A DNA stretch of 64,000 bases from Mobula hypostoma. Its lineage: Eukaryota. Shown one piece after another: positions 11,748-23,182 of the stretch. The position numbers and the translations under genes were made by a program. Numbering within the stretch: the stretch's first letter is position 1; the number at the start of each line of letters is the position of its first letter. The notes beneath the pieces were generated by a model. It had not been told where the DNA came from and ran no database searches. It was given only the letters and a program-made list of their open reading frames with translations. Location: positions 121,212,001-121,276,000 of the forward strand of contig NC_086097.1 of NCBI RefSeq assembly GCF_963921235.1, in the 5' to 3' direction.

Positions 11748-14585
11748 ATTTCCTCTTGGTGATGCTGATGGAGTAGGGCATGGCTAGAGATCTTCCTTGG
11801 CCAGGAAATATGGAGGATCTTCCAGAGGATCGTGGTGTGGAATGACGACAGCTTGGCAAGTTCGCTCTCTGTCACGCACCAGCATTCTGACCCGTACAAG
11901 AGTGTGGACAGAACACAGCTCTGGTACTGCTTTACCTTGCTGTGGACGCTGTACTTGGTTGATCCCCCTCCGTTGCTCGTTGATCTGAAGACGTTTCTAG
12001 CTTTGCTGAGTCTGCACTGGAGTCGTCCTCGATCCCACCATCCTGCCAAATGATGCTGCCCAGGTAGGCGAATCTCTCAGTTCCGATTAAATCATCACCA
12101 AATGCCTTGATAGAAGGAGGAGACTATTCAATGAGTGTCATGGTCTCAGTCTTTCTCTGGCTGACTCTGGGTCCAACTTGTCCAAAGGTACACAAGTGCT
12201 GAGTTTTCTCTTGTATGTGTTGGTATGTATGTGATAAGATCTACCTAATGCCTCTGTGTTGATCTTTCGCTGTTTGCCTCATAACCCAGTCAATCACTAG
12301 ATTAAATAATATCATCAACATCACACAGTCTTGCCTGATTCCTGCCTTGACTTCAAAGCTCAAATTGCAGTCCCCAACTGTTCAGATGAAGCTAGCATAG
12401 AAACTCCGGATAAGCTGGACAACTTTGGACGGGATCCTGTGTGATCTGAGAATTTGCCAGTGCTCTCCCCGTGGATGCTATCAAAAGCCTTTTCAAATTC
12501 AACAAAATTCATATACAGTTTCCTCTGCACTGTTCTATGATGTTACACAGTGTGAAGACCTGGTCAACAGAACCTCTGTTTCTCCCGAAGCCAGCTTGCT
12601 CTTTCCTCAAGCACACATCGACAGCATCTGTAATCCATTGGACAATGACTTTGGTGAGAATCTTACTGGGCACTGACAAAAGTGTGATGCAAGTTGTTGC
12701 AATCACTTATTGTTCCTTTCTTGGGGTTCCTAACAATAACTCCCTTTGTCCAGTCCTTGGGTACTTGTCCCTATTCCCTGATTATAGTAAAACAATGGTT
12801 ACAGGATGGTTGCTGCAACTTTCGGTCCAACTTTGAACAGTTCGGTATTCAAATTGTCATGCCCGGGAGCTTTGCTGTTCTTTAATGATTTAATCGCAGC
12901 AGTCTTTCTTAGGTGAATTTATGTTGATGTCAAGGTCCTCTGGTGCCTCTTCATTTGGTGGTGGTCTATTCAGATATTCTCTGAAATACCCTGTTCATCG
13001 CGCTTCTGGCTCTTTCTCAGTTAACAAAAGCAAAACATTCTTATCTCTCAAGGGACCTCTGGATCTGGATCTTTCCATATGTCAATTTTAAAATCTTTAT
13101 ATATTTTCCTGATCACCTTGATTGGATGCTGCTTCAGCAAGGTCATCCATATAGACTGTCTTATCCTTTTTTACGTCTCTTCATTTTCTTGTCAGTTTCA
13201 GTATGTTAGTTGAAGTTTCTCCTTAATTCATGTTGATTTTGCATCTAACACTTTCTTCTTAATTTTCTGTCTTTCTTCAAAGGCTGTCCATGTTTCCTGC
13301 TGTATCCTTTCTTCGTTCTTCTTTCCATCCTCGTCAAGGTCTTGCAAGGCTTGGAATTTGTTCTTCAGATAAATGGTGAAGGCAGCTCCCACGCTGGTGT
13401 CCTCGAGCTTTTCAGCACCAAAACATATTTGTACATGTGTTCTTGTCCAGGTGCTTCTCAGCTTGTTTCATCACTGCTACAACAAGGTGGTGATCATTTC
13501 CTGTATCTGCTCCTTTCTTCACCTTTAGATCTTGCAAGGACTAACCCCACGTACCATTGATCATTAAATGGTTAATCTGGTTCTTGTCACGTGCACTGGG
13601 TGAGCACCATGTCAGTTTGTGGATTTTACGATGTGGAAAGATGGCTCCTCCTATGACCAGATTGTTCATGGCTCAGAATTCCACCTGTCTTTCACTATTG
13701 TTATTCATCATTCCACATCCATGCGTGCCCATGGCTTTAGTGAAATGTCAGTTGTTATTACCCATGTTGGTGTTTAGATCTGCCATGATGACAATTATGT
13801 CATGGCGTGGTGTTAACTCTAACTCCAATTGCAGCTGTTTGTAGAAAATGTCGTTTTCTTCAATGTCACTATTGCTAGTTGGAGCATAGCACTGGATCAC
13901 AGTCATGTTCACTCGCTTCCCTTTCAGTCTGACTGTCATCAGCCTCCTGTTGATTGGTTTCTACTCCTACAAGCAGTTCTCAATGCCTTTCTTCAAAATT
14001 ACCGCTACACCATCATGATGCTGACCATCTTCCCTTCCTGAGCTGAGTACCAAACTGTTTCACCAGTTGCTGCCTTTAGTCTGCCAGACTCTGTCTATCT
14101 ACTTTCACTGACGCCCAGTATAGGAAGTTTGTAATGGCACATTTCTGTAGTTATTTGTACCAGCTTGCCAGTGTGGTACATGGTCCGTATAGTCCAAAAA
14201 CCAATTTTGGTCTTGATCTTAGTGGTATTCAGGGTTTCCTTCATTGTACCAGTAGCTTCCTCTGGATTTTCACCTCTGTCTGTCATGCAAATCCTGGGTG
14301 GAGACTTGGACATGCAGTCACATACAATATAGGATTCTTCATGGCTGTTTCTGTAGCAATATTTTTTGGCTAGTCGGGGTTGTTAGCTTTGAGCTGAACT
14401 CCTGAACCTGGAGGACTGGTGGACCAGATTTAGTCTGGTCTCTACCCTTTGACCGGTTTGGCATGAGTGACCCTACCAAGAGCCAAAGCACAGGACTCTG
14501 ACTCCAGCCAACATAGCTCTCCAGGTTATTGAGGCAAGCAAGCCTTCAAACCCCACAACAAGGTTCTGGTCCTCTTGGAGGAAGC
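11748..14585 (-). mobile_element. RTE-clade LINE, 5' UTR + APE + RT, decayed; full-length when joined to 853-1117
   Basis: Minus-strand KIGFWTIRTM, ILGVSESR, IQCYAPT, ITLLSVPSKIL, EQAGF and YQSCVLSTLLYGSECW. Expander/Rex3-like 5' UTR at ~14370-14585. Confidence 0.9.
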
Positions 14586-14607
14586 ATACACTCAGTGGCC
14601 ACTTTAT

Positions 14608-16728
14608 TAGAAACATAGAAACATAGAAAATAGGTGCAGGAGTAGGCCATTCGGCCCTTTGAGCCTGCACCACCATTTATTATGATCATGGCTGATCATC
14701 CAACTCAGAACCCTGTACCTGCTTTCTCTCCATACCCCTGATCGCTTTAGTCACAAGGGCCATATCTAACTCCCTCTTAAATATAGCCAATGAACCGGCC
14801 TCAACTGTTTCCTGTGGCAGAGAATTCCACAGATTCACCACTCTCTGTGTGAAGAAGTTTTTCCTAATCTCCTTCCCCTTTATCCTCAAATGGTGACCCC
14901 TCGTTCTGGACTTCCCCAACATCGGGAACAATCTTCCTGCATCTAGCCTGTCCAATCCCTTTAGGATTTTATACGTTTCAATCAGATCCCCCCTCAATCT
15001 TCTAAATTCCAATGAGTACAAGCCCAGTTCATCCAGTCTTTCTTCATATGAAAGTCCTGCCATCCCAGGAATCAATCTGGTGAACCTTCTTTGTACTCCC
15101 TCTATGGTAAGGATGTCTTTCCTCAGATTAGGGGACCAAAACTACACACAATACTCCAGGGGTGGTCTCACCAAGGCCTTGTACAACTGCATTAGTACCT
15201 CCCTGCTCCTGTACTCGAATCCTCTCGCTATAAATGCCAGCATACCATTTGCCTTTTTCACCGCCTGCTGTACCTGCATGCCCACTTTCAATGACTGGTG
15301 TATAATGACACCCAGGTCTCGTTGCACCTCCCCTTTTCCTAATCGGCCACCATTCAGATAATAATCTGTTTTCCTATTTTTGCCACCAAAGTGGATAACT
15401 TCACATTTATCCACATTAAATTGCATCTGCCATGAATTTGCCCACTCTCCCAACCTATCCAAGTCACTCTGCATCCTCTTAGCATCCTCCTCACAGCTAA
15501 CACTGCCGCCCAGCTTCGTGTCATCCACAAACTTGGAGATGCTGCATTTAATTCCCTCATCCAAGTCATTAATATATATTGTAAACAACTGGGGTCCCAG
15601 CACTGAGCCTTGCGGTACCCCACTAGTCACTGCCTGCCATTCTGAAAAGGTCCCATTTATTCCCACTCTTTGCTTCCTGTCTGCCAACCAATTCTCTATC
15701 CACATCAATACCTTACCCCCAATACCGTGTGCTTTAAGTTTGCACACTAATCTCCTGTGTGGGACCTTGTCAAAAGCCTTTTGAAGATCCAAATATACCA
15801 CATCCACTGGTTCTCCCCTATCCACTCTACTAGTTACATCCTCAAAAAATTCTATGAGATTCGTCAGACATAATTTTCCTTTCACAAATCCATGCTGACT
15901 TTGTCCGATCATTTCACCGCTTTCCAAATTTGCTGTTATCACATCTTTGATGACTGACTCCGGCAGTTTCCCCACCACCGACGTTAGGCTAACCGGTCTA
16001 TAATTCCCCGGTTTCTCTCTCCCTCCTTTTTTAAAAAGTGTGGTTACGTTAGCCACCCTCCAATCCTCAGGAACTAGTCCAGAATCTAACGAGTTTTGAA
16101 AAATTATCACTAATGCATCCACTATTTCTTGGGCCACTTCCTTAAGCACTCTGGGATGCAGACCATCTGGCCCTGGGGATTTATCTGCCTTTAATCCCTT
16201 CAATTTACCTAACACCACTTCCCTACTAACACGTATTTCGCTCAGTTCCTCCATCTCACTGGACCCTCTGTCCCCTAATATTTCTGGAAGATTATTTATG
16301 TCCTCCTTAGTGAAGACAGAACCAAAGTAATTATTCAATTGGTCTGCCATGTCCTTGCTCCCCATAATCAATTCACCTGTTTCTGTCTGTAGGGGACCTA
16401 CATTTGTCTTTACCAGTCTTTTCCTTTTTACATATCTATAAAAGCTTTTACAGTCAGTTTTTATGTTCCCTGTCACTTTTCTCTCATAATCTTTTTTCCC
16501 CTTCCTAATTAAGCTCTTTGCCCTCCTCTGCTGAACTCTGAATTTCTCCCAGTCCTCAGGTGAGCCACTTTTTCTGGCTAATTTGTATGCTTCTTCTTTG
16601 GAATTGATACTATCCCTAATTTCTCTAGTCAGCCATGGGTGCACTACCTTCCTTGATTTATTCTTTTGCCAAACTGGGATGAACAATTGTTGTACTTCAT
16701 CCATGCGATCTTTAAATGCTTGCTATTG
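14608..16728 (-). mobile_element. young 5'-truncated CR1
   Basis: (TAGAAACA)n tail on + strand at 14608-14628; ORFs 15142-16704 and 14686-15075. Confidence 0.95.
15142..16704 (-). pseudogene. CR1 ORF2 RT domain, 520 codons open, premature stop at 15142
   Basis: NYRPVSLTS, QHGF, YLDLQKAFDKV, SGVPQGSVLGP, FVDDTK; no endonuclease part. Confidence 0.92.
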
Positions 16729-17786
16729 GTACAGCCTGTGGCCATTGAGTGTATGTTCATAGTCTTCTGCTGATGTAGCCCATCTATTTCAAGGTTTGAT
16801 GTGTTATGTGTTCAGAGATGCTCTTCTCATAGCACTGTTGTAATGCATAATTTTTTTCAGTTAGTGTCGTTTTCCTATCAACTTGAAACATTTTATCAAT
16901 TCTCCTCTGACCTCTCATTAACAAGACCTTTTCACCCACAGAGCTACCACTCACTCAATGATTTTTTTTGTTTTTTACACCATTCTCTGTAAATTCTACA
17001 AACTGTTGTGCATGAGAATCCTAGGAGATCAGTAGTTAATGAGATACTTAGACTACCCTATCTGGCACCAACAATCAATCCCAATAAAAGTCACTTAAAT
17101 CACATTTCTTCCCTGTTTGGACATTTGGTCTGAACAACAACTGAACCTCTCAACCATAACTGTATGCTTTTATGCATTGAATTGCTGCCACATGACTTGG
17201 CAAATGAAATATTTGCACAGGTGTATCTAGTAAAGTAGCCACTGACTGTTTTAGAGCAATTTTTGAGGTTAGCTTTTGTAGCAATTAACTTAATCAATTT
17301 CAGCCACTAGCCTTCAAATTTGAATACGTATTGAAGATTAAATCTAAAGTGCAACTCTGAACAACGAGTAGACAATGCTGGTTTAAATTCATTATTTGTG
17401 TGTATTTGGGTGTCTGTAGTATGGGTGTGAATGAGGGAGGTGTGAAAGGGGTATGTATTTCAAAGTCAGCAATTGAATGTTCTCTGCAGGCCAGGCAGCA
17501 TCTATGGAAAAGTACAGTTGATGTTTTGGGCCTCCAGCATTTTGTGTGTGTTGCTTGTATTTCAAAGGAAGCTTTGTAAATATGGATTTGTTGGAATTAT
17601 TCTGAATCTTTCTTTGATCTTTAGCACATTAAAGTGTTATGTAGGGCTGGGCCAAGCAGAACTTTCCACTGAAAGGGTCTCAATATGATGCCTGCTGTAT
17701 GTTCTTTTGTTGAATAAAGAGGCTGCTTCACGTCCACCAGCACCTCTCTATGGTGACTTCATTCACACAACAGCAACTGTATATGC

Positions 17787-17915
17787 CTGACGAAGGGTCT
17801 CGGCCTGAAACGTCGACTGCGCCTCTTCCTATAGATGCTGCCTGGCCTGCTGCGTTCACCAGCAACTTTGATGTGTGTTGCTTGAATTTCCAGCATCTGC
17901 AGAATTCCTGTTGTT
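17787..17915 (+). mobile_element. 129-bp Penelope terminal-repeat fragment with truncated hammerhead core
   Basis: Flanked by a 9-bp direct repeat TGTATATGC (17778-17786, 17916-17924). Sequence matches the terminal repeat of the Penelope at 31862. Confidence 0.85.
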
Positions 17916-18045
17916 TGTATATGCATTCTGTTAGATTTCCTTCTTTCCACACTTGCATCAATGCAATATATTTTAATTTCTTCTTTTATTAACTGTTTTT
18001 CCTTTATTCACTTTTCTTCTGTCATTGTCTATCTATCTTGTAAGA

Positions 18046-18200
18046 GGTGGCATGGTAGCATAGCAGCTATCGCACAGGCTGTAATATCAGGGTTTGATTC
18101 CAACTGCTGCCTGTAAGGAGTTTGTATATTCTCTGCATATTCCAGTTTCTTCACACATTCCAAAGACATACAGTTAGGGTTAGTAAGTTGTGGCCATGGG
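18046..18200 (+). mobile_element. tRNA-derived V-SINE (HE1-like), decayed
   Basis: A-box-like GGTGGCATGGTAGC, B-box-like GGTTTGATTCC, TGTAAGGAGTTTGTA and CACATTCCAAAGAC V-domain remnant. Confidence 0.65.
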
Positions 18201-18915
18201 CCTTCTTTCTGGTAAGCTTCCCTCCAGCCTCTCGTTCTAGCACCATAGCCCATCTCACTCTCTCTGTCTTCCTCATACACCATCAGCTCTACAGGCACAG
18301 GAGGCTCTGGTGGATTCTGACCTAGCTGGCAACTTTCTGGATCAGACTTTGTGTCTGTATCTTTCACCCCTCCTGCATCTTGGCCTTTGTTGGACATCTC
18401 CTGGGGTCTGGGCTGGTCAGAGTGCACACATGGTCTGTGTGCATGAGCATCGAAGAGCACTGCAATTCTATCCAATTCCTCCTTATTGGCTCACCCGACA
18501 CTCCTTTCATCCTGGATTAGTCCTTGCCCTCCATTCATGACCCTCACTTTGCCTGATCATCTGCTTCACTGCAAAGTTAACTCACTTGCAAGAAGACTTG
18601 CCTGCATCCTTAACTGACTTCACCCGGTAATTCCAAGGAGCTGGAGGAGCCTCTCGACCAACTCCCACAGAAATATCCTGATTTGGCCATCCCCGTCAGT
18701 AAAAGGAAAGCCACCACCCTGCCCCTTCACCAACCACTGGACTGCGCAATCAACCTACTGCAGGGCACCAGCCCTTCCTGAGGTCATCTATTCTCTCTCT
18801 CCCCTCCTGGGATCCAAACCATGAATGACTACATTGCCAAAGTACTAGAGCATGAGTTCATTTGACCATTTCATACCCCAGCCGGTGCAGGATTCTTCTT
18901 TGTCAAAAAGAAAGA

Positions 18916-21900
18916 TTTTTTCTTCTTATCATTGGAGTTAAGAGAGGCGGGACTGCGCGGGTGTATGATGTCGGGCAGTGAAGTGTGGAAGATTTAAAAG
19001 GAACACAGCCGTATACAGCTGGCAGCATCGTTTTGCGGGCAGCGGTGTGAGCCGGGAGTAGAGTGAAGGCTTAACGGCTTGGCGCTTAAGTGGAAATGGG
19101 CAAGGCAAAGTAGGTTTGGTTTTCAATTTTTCCTGTTATTTGAGGAAAGGGGGAAGTATAAGTGTGAGGGCAGCTTGCTGTTCTCGGTGTCGGATGTGGG
19201 AGGTCCTAGAGTCTCTAGCCTCTCGGACGTCCACATCTGCTCCAGGTGCACCGAGCTGCAGCTCCTAAGGGACCGTGTTAGGGACCAGACCTTCGTCTGG
19301 TCAGGGAGAGTGAGGAGTTGATGGAGAGGGGTTACAGGCAGGTGGTCACACCAGGGCCACGGGAGGCAGACAAGTGGGTCATGGTTAGGAGTGGGAAGGG
19401 GAAAAATCAGGTACTAGAGAGTACCCCAGTGGCTGTGCCCCTTGACAATAAGTACTTTTGTTTGAGTACTGTTGTGGGGGACAGCTTACCTGGGGGAAGC
19501 AACAGTGCCCGTGCCTCCCGCACAGAGTCCGGCCCTGTAGCTCAGAAGGGTGGGGAAGGGAAGAGGAGGGCAGTAGTAATTGCGGATCGATATTTAGGGG
19601 GTCAGATAGGCCATTCTGTGGACGCAGTCAGGAGATCCGGATGGTAGTTTGCCTCCCTGGTGCCAGGGTCCGGGATGTTTCTGATCGCGTCCAAGATATC
19701 CCAAAGTGGGAGGGTGAGGAGCCAGAGGTCGTGGTACATACAGGTACCAATGACATAGGCAGGAAAAGGGAAGAGGTCCTGAAAGAAGAACATAGGGAGT
19801 TAGGAAGGGAGTTGAGAAGAAGGGCCGCAAACGTAGTAATCTCGGGATTACTGCCTGTGCCAATCGACAGTGAGAGTAGGAATGGAATGAGGTGGAGGAG
19901 AAATGCGTGACTGAGGGATTGGAGCAGGGGGCAGGGATTCAAGTTTCTGGATCATTGGGACCTCTTTTGGCGCAGGTGTGACCTGTACAAAAAGGACAGG
20001 TTGCACATGAATCCCAGGGGGACCAATATCCTGGCGGGGAGATTTGCAAAGGCTACTGGGGAGACTTTAAACTAGAATGGTTGGGGGGTGGTTATCAAAT
20101 TGAAGAGACTAGGAGAGAGGAGGTTAGTTCACAAATAGAGAAAGCTAGTAGACAGTGTGTGAGGGAGGATAGGCAGGGGAATTTGAACAGGAGCGCTCAG
20201 ACTGAAGATGTAGGGGAGAAGGAAGAAAAAGATAATAAAGTTGTTTGCGCCATTAGGGATAAACAGACAGTAAGAAATGGAGAGTTTCTTAAATGCATCT
20301 ATTTTAATTCTAGGAGCATTGTAAGAAAGGTGGATGAGCTTAGAGCATGGATTGATACCTGAAAATATGATGTTGTAGCTTACTGAAACATGGTTGCAAG
20401 AGGGGTGTGATTCACAGCTAAATATTCCTGGATTTCATTGCTTCAGGTGTGATAGAATCAGAGGGGCAAGAGGGGGAGGTGTTGCATTGCTTGTCAGAGA
20501 AAATATTACAGCGGTGCTTTGGCGGGATAGATTAGAGAACTCGTCTAGGGAGGCTATTTGGGTGGAATTGAGGAATAGGAAAGGTGTAGTAAAGCTAGTA
20601 GGGGTGTATTATAGACCACCTAATGGGGAGCAAAAATTGGAGGAGGAAATTCGTAAGGAGATAGCAGATATTTGTAGTAAGCACAAGGTTGTGATTGTGG
20701 GAGATTTTAATTTTCCACACATAGACTGGGAAGCCCATTCTATGAAAGGGCTGGATGGTTTGGAGTTTGTAAAATGTGTGCAAGATAGTTTTTTGCAGCA
20801 ATACATAGAGGTACCAACTAGAGAAGGGGCAGTGTTGGATCTCCTGTTAGGGAATGAAATAGGTCAAGTGACGGAGGTATGTGTTGGGGAGCACTTCGGG
20901 TCCAGTGATCACAATGCTATTAGTTGCAATATATTATGGAGAAGGATAGGACTGGACCAGAGTTGAGATTTTTGATTGGAGATAGGCTAACTTTGAGGAG
21001 ATGCGAAAGGATTTAGAAGGAGTGGATTGGGACAATTTGTTTTATGGGAAGGATGTAATAGAGAAATGGAGGTCATTTAAAGGTGAAATTTTGAGGGTAC
21101 GGAATCTTTATGTTCCTGTTAGGTTGAGAGGAAAGGTTAAAAGTTTGAGAGAGCCATGGTTTTCAAGGGATATTGGAAACTTGGTTCAGAAAAAGAGAGA
21201 GATCTACAATAAATATAGGCAGCTTGGAGTAAATGAGGTGCTCGAGGAATATAAAGAATGTAAAATGAACCTTAAGAAAAAACTAGACAAGCTAAAAGAA
21301 GATACGAGGTTGTTTTGGCAAGTAAGGTGAAAATAAATCCAAAGGGTTTCTACAGTTATATTAATAGGAAAAGGATAGTGAGGGATAAAATTGGTCCCTT
21401 AGAGAATCAGAGTGGACAGCTATGTGCAGAGCCAAAAGAGATGGCGGAGATTTTGAACAACTTCTTTTCTTCAGTATTCAGTAAGGAGAAGGATATTGAA
21501 TTATGTAAGGTAAGGGAAACAAGTAGGGTAGTTATGGAAACTATGATGTTTAAAGAAGACAGGATATTCCCTAGGACCTTGGGGGAAGTTAGTGTGTAAA
21601 TAACAAGGGCTCTGACAGAAATATTTCAAATGTCATTAGAAATGGAGATGGTGCCAGAGGATTGGTGTATTGCTCATGTTGTTCCATTGTTTAAAAAGGG
21701 TTCTAAGAGTAAACCTAGCAATTATCAGCCTGTGAGTTTGATGTCAGTGGTGGGTAAATTGATGGAAAGTATTCTTAGCGATGGTATATATAATTATCTG
21801 GATAGACAGGGTCTGATTAGGAAAAGTAAATACAATATGGATTTGTGCGTGGAAGGTCATGTTTGATGAATCTTATTGAATTTTTTGAAGAGGTTACTAG

Positions 21901-23020
21901 GAAAGTTGATGAGGGTAAAGTGGTGGATGTTGTCTATATGGACTTCAGTAAGGCCTTTTTACAAAGTTCCACACGAAATGTTAGTTAGGAAGGTTCAATC
22001 GTTAGGTATTAATGTTGAAGTAGTGAAATATATTCAACAGTAGCTGGATGGGAGATGCCAGAGAGTAGTGGTGGATAACTGTTTGTCAGATTGGAGGCCG
22101 GTGACTAGTGGTGTGCCTCAGGGATCTGTACTGGGCCCAATGTTGTTTGTCATATATATTAATGATCTGGATGATGGGGTGGTAAATTGGATTAGTAAAT
22201 ATGCAGATGATACTAAGATAGGTGGAGTTGTGGATAATGAAGAAGGATTTCAAAGCTTGCAGAGAGATTTAGGCCAGTTAGAAGAATGGGCTGAAAGATG
22301 GCAGATGGAGTTTAATGCTGAATAAATGTGAGGTGCTACATTTTGGTAGGACTAATCAAAATAGGACATACATGGTAAATGGTAGGGCATTGAAGAATGC
22401 AGTAGAACAGAGAGATCTAGGAATAATGGTGCATAGTTCCCTAAAGGTGGAATCTCATGTGGATAGGGCATTGGTGGGGCCAAATTTGTAGTATTGTGTA
22501 CAGTTTTGGTCACCGAATTATAGGAAAGATGTCAAGAAAATGGGGAGAGTACAGAGAAGGTTTCCTAGAATGTTACCTGGGTTTTATCACCTAAGTGACA
22601 GAGAAAGGTTGAACAAGTTGGGTCTTTATTCTTTGGAACGTAGAAGGTTGAGGGGGGATTTGATAGAGGTATTTAAAATTATGAGGGGGATAGATAGAGT
22701 TAACGTGGATAGGCGTTTTCCATGGCGAGGGGGTCAAACAAAAGGACGTGAGTTGAGACTTAAAAGACAAAAGTTTAGGGGGAACTTCTTTACTCAGAGA
22801 GTGGTAGCTGTGTGGAACGATCTTCCAGCAGAGGTGGTTGAGGCCGGTTCGATATCGTCATTTAAAGATAAATTGGATAGCTATATGGACAGGAAAGGAA
22901 TGGAAAGTTATGGGCCGAGTGCAGGTTGGTGGGACTAGGTGAGAGTAAGAGTTCAGCACAGATTAGAAGGGCCGAATGGCCTGTTTCCCTGCTGTAATTG
23001 TTTTATGGTTATATGGTTAT
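18916..23020 (+). mobile_element. full-length CR1 (5' UTR, ORF1 zinc finger + SGNH esterase, ORF2 APE-RT), decayed
   Basis: 8-bp TSD AAGAAAGA (18908-18915, 23021-23028). CSRC..HICSRC, VVCLPGA, HTGTND, YRPP, VGDFN, YADDTK; (TATGGTTA)n tail. Confidence 0.93.
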
Positions 23021-23182
23021 AAGAAAGAGGATCTTTATCCCTGCATCAACTACCATGGACTCAACAAAGTCACCATTAAGAACTGTTTCCCTCTTCCCTT
23101 GATGAATAGCAAAACACCCGTGGGGCGCAGATCGTAACCAACTGGATCTATAGAGTATGAGTGGAAGACAGCGTCCATGACC

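Larger units (their letters stand above)
14589..17248 (-). mobile_element. non-autonomous Tc1/mariner element (TIR CACTCAGTGGCCACTTTATTAGGTACA) interrupted by CR1
   Basis: TA|CACTCAGTGGCCACTTTATTAG at 14587-14610; the body resumes at ~16729 and ends AAAGTAGCCACTGACTG. Same family as 45686, 50061 and 53156. Confidence 0.85.

Noticed and set aside
14370..14470. Twister ribozyme at the RTE 5' end, as in Schistosoma Perere-3
   Set aside because: The conserved twister blocks (UAAC..., GGUCCCAAGCCC) are not visible.
17635..17772. Short solo LTR (TGTTA...AATAAA...CAACA)
   Set aside because: No matching TSD and no second copy in the window.
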